Assembly (NCBI GenBank): GCA_964652235.1
Contig: CAZZDK010000005.1
Location: 29,922 to 93,921 of the forward strand
Origin: an uncultured Rhodospirillaceae bacterium
GTDB taxonomy: Bacteria; Pseudomonadota; Alphaproteobacteria; UBA9219
DNA: 64,000 nt
Direction: 5' to 3'
Below are positions 9,653 to 18,295 of the stretch, one piece after another. A program made the position numbers and the translations under genes. The notes under the pieces are model-generated. The model was not told the origin of the DNA. It worked only from the letters and a program-made list of their open reading frames with translations, and did no database searches. The stretch's first letter is position 1, and the number at the start of each line of letters is the position of its first letter.

Positions 9653-10374
9653 TACTTTTTCTTTCTCTCATTAGATTGTGTCGGTGCCGATGCTTCAGTA
9701 GCCTGTGGCTCTTTTGACATGTTCCAAAAAGCGTCAAACTGTTTGCGATAAGCATTCGTAATTGCGGGAAATTTATGTAGAACGATTGTTGGGGCCGGTA
9801 TCGTCTGAAAATCCATGATGGCCAAACATTCCCCATAAATATAGAACGGGACTGGGGAAAATAGTTCTTTCGATATCCATCGATACTCGTTGTAATCCGA
9901 AGCGATAAAATTCGTGTCGCCCTCGCACAAGATAGCAAGAACCTTTATGTCTTTCCTTTCCACGACAAGATCGGTCATCCGCTTGCGATGAGATATGGAA
10001 AAGTCCTTGCCCATTGCCCAGAATAGATTTTCGTCGATCCCAAGCTGAACGATTGTCCCGCCATGTTTGCGAGCATATTCGTATACGCCATCAAAAAAAC
10101 GGCGAAGACCTTCTGGCCCAACCAGAACCTCAACCCCCTGAGGCTTCAAGCGAACGCCAAAATTGTCCGTAAATTCGACGCCGTTTTCATCGAAAACGCG
10201 GATAATGTCCTTTAATGTGCCATCCCGAGGCTGAACAGCCTCATCCTCGATTTTATTGATAGTGTCGCGAGTCAGTCCTGCTTGCTCAGCTAAATAGGCA
10301 GCCGACCACTTTAAAAGCCCGCGCCCAGCTCGTATTTGACGTCCCACAGACATAAAACCTCCCAAAACATGCAA
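9652..10374 (-). CDS. XRE-family HTH regulator with ~170-aa C-terminal domain
   Basis: QIRAGRGLLKWS...LAEQAGLTRDTINKIE; TAATG-coupled to the downstream MTase. Confidence 0.8.
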   Translation of the reverse strand: MHVLGGFMSVGRQIRAGRGLLKWSAAYLAEQAGLTRDTINKIEDEAVQPRDGTLKDIIRVFDENGVEFTDNFGVRLKPQGVEVLVGPEGLRRFFDGVYEYARKHGGTIVQLGIDENLFWAMGKDFSISHRKRMTDLVVERKDIKVLAILCEGDTNFIASDYNEYRWISKELFSPVPFYIYGECLAIMDFQTIPAPTIVLHKFPAITNAYRKQFDAFWNMSKEPQATEASAPTQSNERKKK

Positions 10375-10431
10375 TTTGCGCGATTATCGCATAGCTATGG
10401 TTAATAATCTATGTTTATTTTATACACCAGA

Positions 10432-10582
10432 GCTACCAAATATCGGTACATTCTTACATATTATGGGTAACCGGCATAATTTCAACATGTTTCTTTTAGT
10501 TTCGGCATATTTATTTCCTGCATTATGCAGATTTCTATTGCTTTCGCCCCAACCGTCCGGTACATTGCCAAAATACGGTAGC
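10432..10582. promoter_or_regulatory. Divergent promoter region with two operator-like inverted repeats
   Basis: TACC-aaatatc-GGTA (10434-10448) and TGCC-aaaatac-GGTA (10566-10580) in an AT-rich intergenic region. Confidence 0.5.
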
Positions 10583-10622
10583 CCAAGGGCGTTTTTGAGG
10601 GCTTTTTCAAACGGAGGGGTTA

Positions 10623-10994
10623 ATGTTCGATTTTAATACATCTTATAAGAATTACGACGAACAGTTTATTCAAGATAACGCCCCTCATGGCCATGAGGCC
10701 ACCGTTTTTGTCTTCCCTTATAAGTCAAACGGGATCGTCCCAGTTACCCCCGGAGACGACATTATCGACCGCCGCATGAATGCGCCCCTTTGCTCCGACG
10801 AAATGCGCGCCGTCTTGGACATGATTAAATACCGCGCCAAGCATTTGAAACAAGAGATTTGGGTCGCCACGGCAACGTTTTTGACGACGATGGGCGTTGA
10901 AGAGATGGAAGACCTTTGCCGATGCGATTTTGTCCGCGCCGTTGAATACCTTGTCAATCTCGACATCCCAGCTCAAGCGCAAAGCGCAATGTAA
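10623..10994 (+). CDS. Small protein, ORF6C/antirepressor-C-like domain (tandem paralog 1)
   Basis: RBS GGAGG; C-terminus ...DFVRAVEYLVNL resembles the next ORF and ORF6C domains. Confidence 0.5.
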   Translation: MFDFNTSYKNYDEQFIQDNAPHGHEATVFVFPYKSNGIVPVTPGDDIIDRRMNAPLCSDEMRAVLDMIKYRAKHLKQEIWVATATFLTTMGVEEMEDLCRCDFVRAVEYLVNLDIPAQAQSAM

Positions 10995-10996
10995 GG

Positions 10997-11344
10997 GTGT
11001 CAACAATGAAACCAGCCAAACCCCAAACACAGAAATCAGCCGAAGACATCTATGCCGATGCAACGGAAGGGCGTGACATGTCCTCCGCCGATCTTCGCTT
11101 GTTGACTGCCGGACTTACCGCCCTTCGAAAGGCGAATGAAGAACCCCTGAACAAAGTCGAATTTCAAGCTATTTGCGGCATGATCGCCTACGTCGCACAC
11201 GATCAGAAGGTCGGCGAAGACATCGTCGGCGAGATCATGACTTCTCATTTTGGAGTGGAAAGCGTAGCGGCGCTGCCCTCACGGCTTTACCAGAACGCCA
11301 TAGAATATCTGGTTGATTTGCAGATAAGCAACATTATGAACTGA
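10997..11344 (+). CDS. Small protein, ORF6C/antirepressor-C-like domain (tandem paralog 2)
   Basis: HFGVESVAALPSRLYQNAIEYLVDL pattern. Confidence 0.55.
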   Translation: MSTMKPAKPQTQKSAEDIYADATEGRDMSSADLRLLTAGLTALRKANEEPLNKVEFQAICGMIAYVAHDQKVGEDIVGEIMTSHFGVESVAALPSRLYQNAIEYLVDLQISNIMN

Positions 11345-11353
11345 TGGTATGAA

Positions 11354-12109
11354 ATGTCAGAAGTTTATCTCATCACCGGCGCGCAAAGCAGAATGGCGCG
11401 CTCATTATTGAAGTGGTCGCGTGAGCGTCTGGCCCATGAAGCGAACGTTTCTCGCGGCACGATCCGTATCTTTGAAGACGACCAACCCATTCGTGAATCC
11501 ATCGTTCTCGACATCCATAGCGTATTTGACGCTAACGGCGTGGAATGCTGCCCGGACGGCAGCGTGAGGCCGCGCTCCGACAACATTATGGACTTCCGAG
11601 GCATCGGCGGATGTGACCGCTTCTTTGCTGAGATTGAAAGAATGCTGAAGGAAAGAAATACAGGCATAGTCTGTCGTATCGGAAGCCAAAAGATGCTGAC
11701 GCGGGTTACGGGGCGAAACGGCATCACGAACTTCGACCGACTGGAAAACCTGAGCAAAATTGCATCGGTGCGCTGCCTGCTGCTTGACCAAAGAATTTAT
11801 TTGCCGGGAAAACCGTCCTTTGAGGTCAGGGTTTATCCGGAGGTCCGCCCCAGCATAATCGCTTCCGAGTTTGCTTTTGGGGACAAGGCCACTTTTGCTA
11901 TAGATCAGGACGACCGCTATAATTTCTGTCACCCAGCTTATATGGTTCTTGAGTATCCGAGCCTTGCAAAAAATATGTTTGATCATTTTGAAAAACACTG
12001 GTCTGAGGCCACACCTTACCTGCCGTCCAAAAAGGTCGCGTCGAATTTGAGCCATCGAGTACCGACCGCCGCTGACTTCGACGAGCCAAAAAGACAGGCT
12101 TGTTACTAA
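11354..12109 (+). CDS. XRE-family HTH regulator with long C-terminal domain
   Basis: QSRMARSLLKWSRERLAHEANVSRGTIRIFE; same architecture as 9652-10374. Confidence 0.75.
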   Translation: MSEVYLITGAQSRMARSLLKWSRERLAHEANVSRGTIRIFEDDQPIRESIVLDIHSVFDANGVECCPDGSVRPRSDNIMDFRGIGGCDRFFAEIERMLKERNTGIVCRIGSQKMLTRVTGRNGITNFDRLENLSKIASVRCLLLDQRIYLPGKPSFEVRVYPEVRPSIIASEFAFGDKATFAIDQDDRYNFCHPAYMVLEYPSLAKNMFDHFEKHWSEATPYLPSKKVASNLSHRVPTAADFDEPKRQACY

Positions 12110-12450
12110 GGCATCCTTCTTCCAAACAAAAAAACATCATTGACCTATGCCGCCATTTGCGAAATTGGCGGCATGGGCTATGTCTTCTGTTTTCTGCTCG
12201 CCCCATCATTCTAATCGCTCTGCCGGAAAGGCTTCCGACGAAGACGCCTTCACGCCGCCCCGCGTCAACGCGAACTAGCCCATTCTCAAAGAAAAAAACG
12301 GCCAGAATTTTGACCGAAAAGGCCAAAAGAAAAATTCGGCCAAATTAACCGCCTGAAAACGAGCAAATTGGCCAAATTCACTCGTGGAATCGCGTGCGCA
12401 GGATATCGATACTCGCCTCATTGATTGAGCAACATCAATGAGAGAATTAA

Positions 12451-12747
12451 ATGGCGAACACAAACACAGCAATTGCCTTACCTTTTGCGGAACAGCAAGA
12501 GCCAAAGGCACACCAGTCGGCGCCGGAAGCCATCGCCGTTGAAATTCTTCAAGGCAATTTCTCATCGGATGCCGAGCGCGATGCGTTTACGCAGACCGTC
12601 AAGATGCATGGGGTCACTTTCCTGTATCTCGGCAATTCCCCTCTGCCAGAGCCTTCTTCGCGCGACCTAAACACAATTGAGAGATTGGCTCGCGTGTTAT
12701 CGCGTTTCTGGCCGCAGGCCTTGGTTATCGGAGGCTGCCATGAATAA
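12451..12747 (+). CDS. Hypothetical protein
   Basis: 98-aa ORF heading a tightly overlapping + strand gene run. Confidence 0.5.
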   Translation: MANTNTAIALPFAEQQEPKAHQSAPEAIAVEILQGNFSSDAERDAFTQTVKMHGVTFLYLGNSPLPEPSSRDLNTIERLARVLSRFWPQALVIGGCHE

Positions 12748-13174
12748 GAACGAACAAATGCGCCTCTGCCTCATGCTGGCGTTTCAAAGCATGATTTCGC
12801 AGGGCGAGAACGCCAAATCAAAAGAAGCCGCCCAGCGAATTGTCGCCCTAGCCAGACTTATGGACGAGTTTTGCGATCTGCACCTTAAACAAACATTCCC
12901 CGAAAAGACTATCGAGCTTGCCGAAGACAAGTGGACAACAAAGATCGACGCCGCGCTCAACATGCATATTGAAGATCTGCAAAAGCGCGAAGAAACGCAA
13001 TTGCCCGAAGATCGGGAAACCCTCATCCAATTTTATGATCGTCTCCAGCAGCGCAAGTCGCGCCAGAAACAATGGCTGTTCTATGCGGAAGCTTCGACGG
13101 AACAATTGGCCGATCTGGTGCTGAAATATCTCGACGAGGAAATCGAGGACAGAAAAGCGGGAGGGTATCAATGA
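12740..13174 (+). CDS. Hypothetical helical protein
   Basis: GGAGG RBS; overlaps both neighbours. Confidence 0.6.
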   Translation: MNKNEQMRLCLMLAFQSMISQGENAKSKEAAQRIVALARLMDEFCDLHLKQTFPEKTIELAEDKWTTKIDAALNMHIEDLQKREETQLPEDRETLIQFYDRLQQRKSRQKQWLFYAEASTEQLADLVLKYLDEEIEDRKAGGYQ

Positions 13175-13542
13175 CCCCTGCAAATCCAATCGTATCCAAC
13201 AGCATGCCATCGACATTCCGTTTCGCAACGATCACACCCGAACAGATGCGGGCCGCCAGAGGCTTGTTGGGCTGGTCACGCAATAAGCTTGGTCAAAAGG
13301 CTGGCACGTCTGCGGAAACGATCAAAAACATAGAACATGGGGTCTATTCGCCGAAAAAGGAAACTCTCGCGGCAATTGTCGAAACATTCCTGCGCAACGG
13401 CATCCAATTCGTCCATTACGAGACGCTTGTCACGGTTCCCACAGGAAACGATGCCGCAGGCGAGCTGCAGGCCCTTTCTTATGCCGGAGCGGTTCGCGTG
13501 ACCCCCTTCGTTCCAGAAATTAAGGAGGAAGGCCGTGATTAA
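13171..13542 (+). CDS. XRE-family HTH protein
   Basis: ITPEQMRAARGLLGWSRNKLGQKAGTSAETIKNIE. Confidence 0.8.
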   Translation: MTPANPIVSNSMPSTFRFATITPEQMRAARGLLGWSRNKLGQKAGTSAETIKNIEHGVYSPKKETLAAIVETFLRNGIQFVHYETLVTVPTGNDAAGELQALSYAGAVRVTPFVPEIKEEGRD

Positions 13543-13807
13543 AGCAAACAAGCATCGCTGCATAGTCGATCAGATCACGACAAAAACGGATAAGAAATTC
13601 GAACCCGTCGCCCGCATGGCCGACATGATTGTCGAGATGACATTGGAAACGGGCACATGCGAACAGCAAGACCTTCTTGCCGAAGGTTTCTCACGCCAGG
13701 ACATCACGACCATTTGGCACTTCGCCAACGCATTGGCAGCCATTGAAATCAAGTGCCGCGCAAACGGCATCGGTTTCTCTTATGAACGGGAGACCCGTTA
13801 TGCCTAA
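13535..13807 (+). CDS. Hypothetical protein
   Basis: 90-aa ORF, GAGGA RBS, overlaps both neighbours. Confidence 0.55.
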   Translation: MIKANKHRCIVDQITTKTDKKFEPVARMADMIVEMTLETGTCEQQDLLAEGFSRQDITTIWHFANALAAIEIKCRANGIGFSYERETRYA

Positions 13808-14312
13808 AGTATCCTCCGAATTGCTACGGATCGACCCACAGGACGAAAGCGATCCCAAGTACGTTAAAGTCCTCGTCTTTGACGATCAGAACCGCGTGCT
13901 GACAGTCAAAAGCGGGAACCGTTTTGTCCTACCTGGCGGACGCGTGGAGTGGGACGACGACGATGCCGAGGCCGCCGCACGACGCGAGGCATTTGAGGCC
14001 GCGAACATCGCCCTCGGCCCCATGAGGCCCGTAACGATTATCAAGACAAAAGATCATGACGGCCAAATCGCTCAAACCATCGTCTTTGTCGCAAGAATGA
14101 CAGGTGAAGGAGCCACTTGTCCTGGGCAACAGCAAGCCCACCGCTTTATGAGCAAAGAAACGTTTTTCAGAACATCCGGCGGGCAAAGCGACCTTGTCCG
14201 GTCGTTGGTCGATACTGCCCATCGGATCCTGATCTCAGAGGAAATCAAGGATGAGCACGAGGAAACGACATTATGCGGAAGAGAAAAATACAACAGCCGA
14301 TCGCTACTTTAA
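13800..14312 (+). CDS. NUDIX-like hydrolase (degenerate Nudix box)
   Basis: LPGGRVE...AAARREAFEAANI; the canonical EExG is altered. Confidence 0.7.
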   Translation: MPKVSSELLRIDPQDESDPKYVKVLVFDDQNRVLTVKSGNRFVLPGGRVEWDDDDAEAAARREAFEAANIALGPMRPVTIIKTKDHDGQIAQTIVFVARMTGEGATCPGQQQAHRFMSKETFFRTSGGQSDLVRSLVDTAHRILISEEIKDEHEETTLCGREKYNSRSLL

Positions 14313-14370
14313 AGGAAACGGGTTCAAGCGAGAGAATTTCAACGAGAAAACTGAGGAAAGGATATAAGTT

Positions 14371-15336
14371 ATGGCGATAGAGAAACTTCAAGCAATCAAG
14401 GATTATGACGCGCTAAACGTTAGCAGGGTTATTTATCCCGACTACCAGTGCAATTGCACCAAGGCGTGGACGGGGTCGGATCAGTTGGTCGTTTTCAAAG
14501 CGTCAAAGATGGGCATAGAAAAAATCTATGAAGGAGAGAACCATCCCGAAATTGAAAAAACAGTTTCGGTTCTAGCCCGTCTTGCCGGGGCGGAAATTAC
14601 AGATAAAGTCATCGTCGCCGGAGGACACACGGTCGTTAATTTGAAGGACAGATTTAACGTTGGACAGGAAGTCGTAAAATCCGCCGATTTGGCGCTTGGG
14701 CTGATCGCGCATTTGCAGGAAGAGTTCGGGAAACGAGCTGAGTTCTTTGTGCCGCTGAACGACTTCTACATGGAAAAAGATGCCGGAACCGATGAGGGCA
14801 ACGCGAACGCTTACAGGAAAGAAGCTGTTTCGCCATACATCATCCCTCCACAAATCAACGATTTGTTGCTCCGCTATTCCGCAAGGCTGGGCAGACAGAT
14901 TGACCTGCATTACTGCAGCGAAAAAAACATGGCTGATCGGTTCAAGCGGCACATCAAGAGCAAAAAGAAAGACGGGAACGGCCAGTTCGTTAAGAACGGC
15001 AATGATTGGGAAATGGTCGTGGGGAACGAGCGGATTGTCGTCTTAACAAACGACAAACCCAACTGTGCCGCAGGCAATGCCGCGACATTGCGAGCCATCC
15101 GGTACGATATCGCCAACAACAAAGTGAAGGACAAGTTCACTTCGCACATCGGCATCTATCCGCTTTGTTCCATAGACAACGTTTTGGACGGGCATAAGCT
15201 TGCGACAGCGTTTTATGGTCTTGATTTGCCAACGTACTTTGCCTTCTGCGGTAAGTCCTGCTTCGACATCGAGACGAGACGCCCGGACAGGGTTGGAACC
15301 AAGAAAGATGTCAAACCGTTGGAGTTCGTTCGTTAA
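14371..15336 (+). CDS. Hypothetical protein, 321 aa, family not recognised
   Basis: Long ORF with GAGGA RBS; alternating beta/alpha pattern. Confidence 0.65.
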   Translation: MAIEKLQAIKDYDALNVSRVIYPDYQCNCTKAWTGSDQLVVFKASKMGIEKIYEGENHPEIEKTVSVLARLAGAEITDKVIVAGGHTVVNLKDRFNVGQEVVKSADLALGLIAHLQEEFGKRAEFFVPLNDFYMEKDAGTDEGNANAYRKEAVSPYIIPPQINDLLLRYSARLGRQIDLHYCSEKNMADRFKRHIKSKKKDGNGQFVKNGNDWEMVVGNERIVVLTNDKPNCAAGNAATLRAIRYDIANNKVKDKFTSHIGIYPLCSIDNVLDGHKLATAFYGLDLPTYFAFCGKSCFDIETRRPDRVGTKKDVKPLEFVR

Positions 15337-15398
15337 AGCGTTGTCATTTGGCAGGAGGAATCTTACGCTTGCTTTGTTGTTACAGAAAGGCTGCAAAC

Positions 15399-16109
15399 AT
15401 GGACATTAAGTTGCTCGCGGTTGGATCAAGGCCTTGGGAACTTTGGCTGGGCTATTGGGGGCTGTCGTATCTTGTCGACGGGACGATCCTCTTCGATACC
15501 TTCGCCAACTATCGCATGCTGGAGTGGAAGTTTCGCAAGTCGCAGGTCGATCCTTCGGCAATTCAGTCCGTCGTTCTTTCGCACGATCATTGGGATCATG
15601 CAGGTGGGCTGTGGGCATTTCTTGAAAAGCATCCCGGCGTTGACGTTTATCTTCCGGCAACAGCTAAGGATGCCGTCAAACGTCGTGTCATCGCTGCCGG
15701 AGGCAATCTCATCGACGCGCCGGGGATCAAAACGCTGAAAGAGAACATCCTGCTTTCCGAAGAGATGATCGGCACGTTCAATGGGAAGTCCGTTGCAGAG
15801 CAGTTTATCATGATAAAGGCCGAAAAGGGTCTTGTCGTTTTGGTTGGCTGTTCTCACCCCGGTATCGTTGCCATCGTCAGAAAGGCAAAAGAAACGTTTG
15901 GCTCGCCCATTTACGGCGTCATCGGAGGCCTTCATCTTATGCATGCCAAGACGGACGAAATCTATGCCTGCGCCAACGAGTTAAAAAACGAAGGAATAAG
16001 GATGGTCTCGCCGACACATTGCACGGGAAGAAAGGCTGAAAGGGTTTTTCGGGGCGTTTTTGGGAAAGGTTTCGCTTCCTCTCGCGAGGGCAGCGTGCTC
16101 GCTCTTTGA
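15399..16109 (+). CDS. MBL-fold metallo-hydrolase
   Basis: SHDHWDHAGG, GCSHPG, GGLHL and PTHCTG motifs. Confidence 0.85.
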   Translation: MDIKLLAVGSRPWELWLGYWGLSYLVDGTILFDTFANYRMLEWKFRKSQVDPSAIQSVVLSHDHWDHAGGLWAFLEKHPGVDVYLPATAKDAVKRRVIAAGGNLIDAPGIKTLKENILLSEEMIGTFNGKSVAEQFIMIKAEKGLVVLVGCSHPGIVAIVRKAKETFGSPIYGVIGGLHLMHAKTDEIYACANELKNEGIRMVSPTHCTGRKAERVFRGVFGKGFASSREGSVLAL

Positions 16110-16263
16110 GACCGAACTTCCCAATTTGGGAAGGCGCGAAAAAATGGACGGAGAATGGTGAGAAGGAGCAATCCGATGGAAAGAAACGACTTTAAGCCGT
16201 TAACATCAATTCTTTCGAGAGGAAATTGATACCTAATATTCATGCATATATAGATAAATCAAT

Positions 16264-16412
16264 GCGTTAACTATGTTTTCTCGTTGATGTCAGCGTGACA
16301 AATGGTGTAGAAGCATTGAGTTTTCAGGGCATAATTTTGAGCAATTAATCGCTGCATTTTGCGAACGAAGATTTCGTTGATCAAAACGATCCGAAATCAT
16401 GCAACCAACCGG
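16264..16412 (+). repeat. Copy 1 of a ~150-bp diverged upstream duplication
   Basis: Colinear with 18131-18277 (GCGTTAAC, AAATGGTGTA, CGAAGATTTCGTTGATCAA, CGATCCGAAATCA blocks). Confidence 0.85.
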
Positions 16413-16430
16413 AATGTCGAAGGTCAGAAT

Positions 16431-18026
16431 ATGTTGCGAACCACATTTTTTGATCCCCTTACTGGAGATCCTGAGGGGCTGAATTTCGATTATTCTTTTC
16501 ACAAACTAAATGAACTGCTTGTTCAGTTAATTCACACGCAAGCCATGCAACGCATGGCATCGGTAAGCCAGCTAAGCTTTACCCACTTTTCCTTTCCAGG
16601 GGAATACAGCCGTTTTTCGCACATGCTCCAAGCCGCTCTTTTGGGCTACACGGCAATGGATAAGTTCAAGGCGAGCATCGAACTTGAAAAAAACACAAAC
16701 GAACATTTTCCAGAAGTATTCGACCAACGCATGGCCGATGCCGTTGTTATCGCCTTATTACTCCATGATATAGGTCATCCCCCATTTAGCCATACGTTTG
16801 AAAATATAATGCGTGCTCTGGGGCAAAATTTTCATCATGAAGAATGGACAAACAAACTTATCAAAGAGGATAGGCAAATCCAAAGGCTTCTTGCCGATTA
16901 CGTTGAGCGCAATCCGATGTATGGAAAGCCGTTCTTGGACGAATATGGTTGCAGCTTTCAAACAATGATCGTCGATCTCATAATGGAAAAACGTCCCGTC
17001 ATAACGAGAGTAGTCGACGGCAAAACTTTCTATTCGAGCATTTATCAAAACGCTGTTAGCGGCACCATCGACTGTGATCGACTGGCGTTTGTGCCCACGG
17101 ACAGGGCTCGCACCGAAGTCTACCCCGGCAAACAAAGCTATTCTAATAGCCAAATTCTGGATCATATGGGGGCCGGGCTTTTGTCGCTTGATGGGTATAA
17201 ACATCCTATCGTTATTCCTGTATTTGATCGTTCCGCCATTAAACAGATAGCCGCCTTTTTAAGATCGTGGCTTCTGCAATATAAGAACGTGTATTATCCT
17301 TCTGCCGGATGTTCTGCTGAAGCTATGACACGGCCTATTCTAGCCGCCTTCCTTTCTTACGCTAAAGGTGAACGCAATGAACCGCTAACGCCAACGTTGA
17401 CTCGAGGCAACCAAGAATTTGAGAAGAACCCTTTGTTTCGTTTTCTTTCGAACCCGTCCACGGAGAATTATCTGACACTGGACGATAGAGCCATAATCAG
17501 CGTTATCGAAGATATATCTCAACAAGGATATGACGTAACCCTTAAAGGGCTGGCTCGCGATATCCTTCGTCACGATCTCTGGTCAAGCATCGACCTTCAC
17601 AAACTCGCTCTGACGAACGATGATCGGAGATATCTTTTCAAAGAATTGCAACACTTGTCAGTTGGCGATGGAAATATTCTTGAAGCTGGAAAAGACTTTG
17701 TGATTGATGAGAAAAAAGAAAAATACATACCTCAAGAACAAAAGCCAACTTTGGAAAATCTTCACAAAATTGTATGGGTATTCGACGACACAGGCAAACC
17801 ACGACCACTTCATGAAGTTTCAGCGACTTTGCTTGGTGCGGTGCCAGTGAAGAAAGTTTTTATTCACGCGAAAAACGAAATTATTGTGCGGCTGACCCAA
17901 TATCTAACCGAACAATTTGAATGCGGATGTCCGCATTTATCTCAGAGAATTTTCACCAACAACCCAGAGAGATTCGAAAGAGCTAACGGAATCGGCATGA
18001 ATTCAGCAAGGCCATTTGTGACCTGA
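16431..18026 (+). CDS. HD-domain phosphohydrolase (SAMHD1/YwfO-like dNTP triphosphohydrolase family)
   Basis: SRFSHM, LLHDIGHPPFSH and DCDRL motifs. Confidence 0.75.
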   Translation: MLRTTFFDPLTGDPEGLNFDYSFHKLNELLVQLIHTQAMQRMASVSQLSFTHFSFPGEYSRFSHMLQAALLGYTAMDKFKASIELEKNTNEHFPEVFDQRMADAVVIALLLHDIGHPPFSHTFENIMRALGQNFHHEEWTNKLIKEDRQIQRLLADYVERNPMYGKPFLDEYGCSFQTMIVDLIMEKRPVITRVVDGKTFYSSIYQNAVSGTIDCDRLAFVPTDRARTEVYPGKQSYSNSQILDHMGAGLLSLDGYKHPIVIPVFDRSAIKQIAAFLRSWLLQYKNVYYPSAGCSAEAMTRPILAAFLSYAKGERNEPLTPTLTRGNQEFEKNPLFRFLSNPSTENYLTLDDRAIISVIEDISQQGYDVTLKGLARDILRHDLWSSIDLHKLALTNDDRRYLFKELQHLSVGDGNILEAGKDFVIDEKKEKYIPQEQKPTLENLHKIVWVFDDTGKPRPLHEVSATLLGAVPVKKVFIHAKNEIIVRLTQYLTEQFECGCPHLSQRIFTNNPERFERANGIGMNSARPFVT

Positions 18027-18130
18027 TCCCAACCAATGAAAATCAAGAATCAGGAGTTTTTTTAGAAACGGGGGCTGTTGAGATGTCTAAAACGGGGGGA
18101 AGCAAAAGCAAATCAGCTATGCACATCAAG

Positions 18131-18277
18131 GCGTTAACCATGTTTTTTCGTTGAGGCCAGTGTGGCAAATGGTGTAAAAAGCTCGGGAGCAGGACAAGAT
18201 TTTTTGAGTGATTAATTGCTGCGAAATATCGGCGAAGATTTCGTTGATCAACGATCCGAAATCACACAACTAAACGG
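18131..18277 (+). repeat. Copy 2 of the ~150-bp duplication, containing a perfect 14-bp palindrome TCGTTGATCAACGA
   Basis: Read directly; palindrome at 18241-18254. Confidence 0.85.
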
Positions 18278-18295
18278 TACGATAAAGGACTGAAC

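Noticed and set aside
10376-10636. 86-aa ORF across the divergent XRE promoter
   Set aside because: AT-rich intergenic composition, no RBS, overlaps operator-like sites.
15399-16109. MBL hydrolase as a displaced member of the NifX/ATPase operon at 1-1.5 kb, or as a beta-lactamase
   Set aside because: Such hydrolases often accompany those operons, but nothing in the sequence shows a rearrangement; its motifs fit the non-lactamase MBL class.
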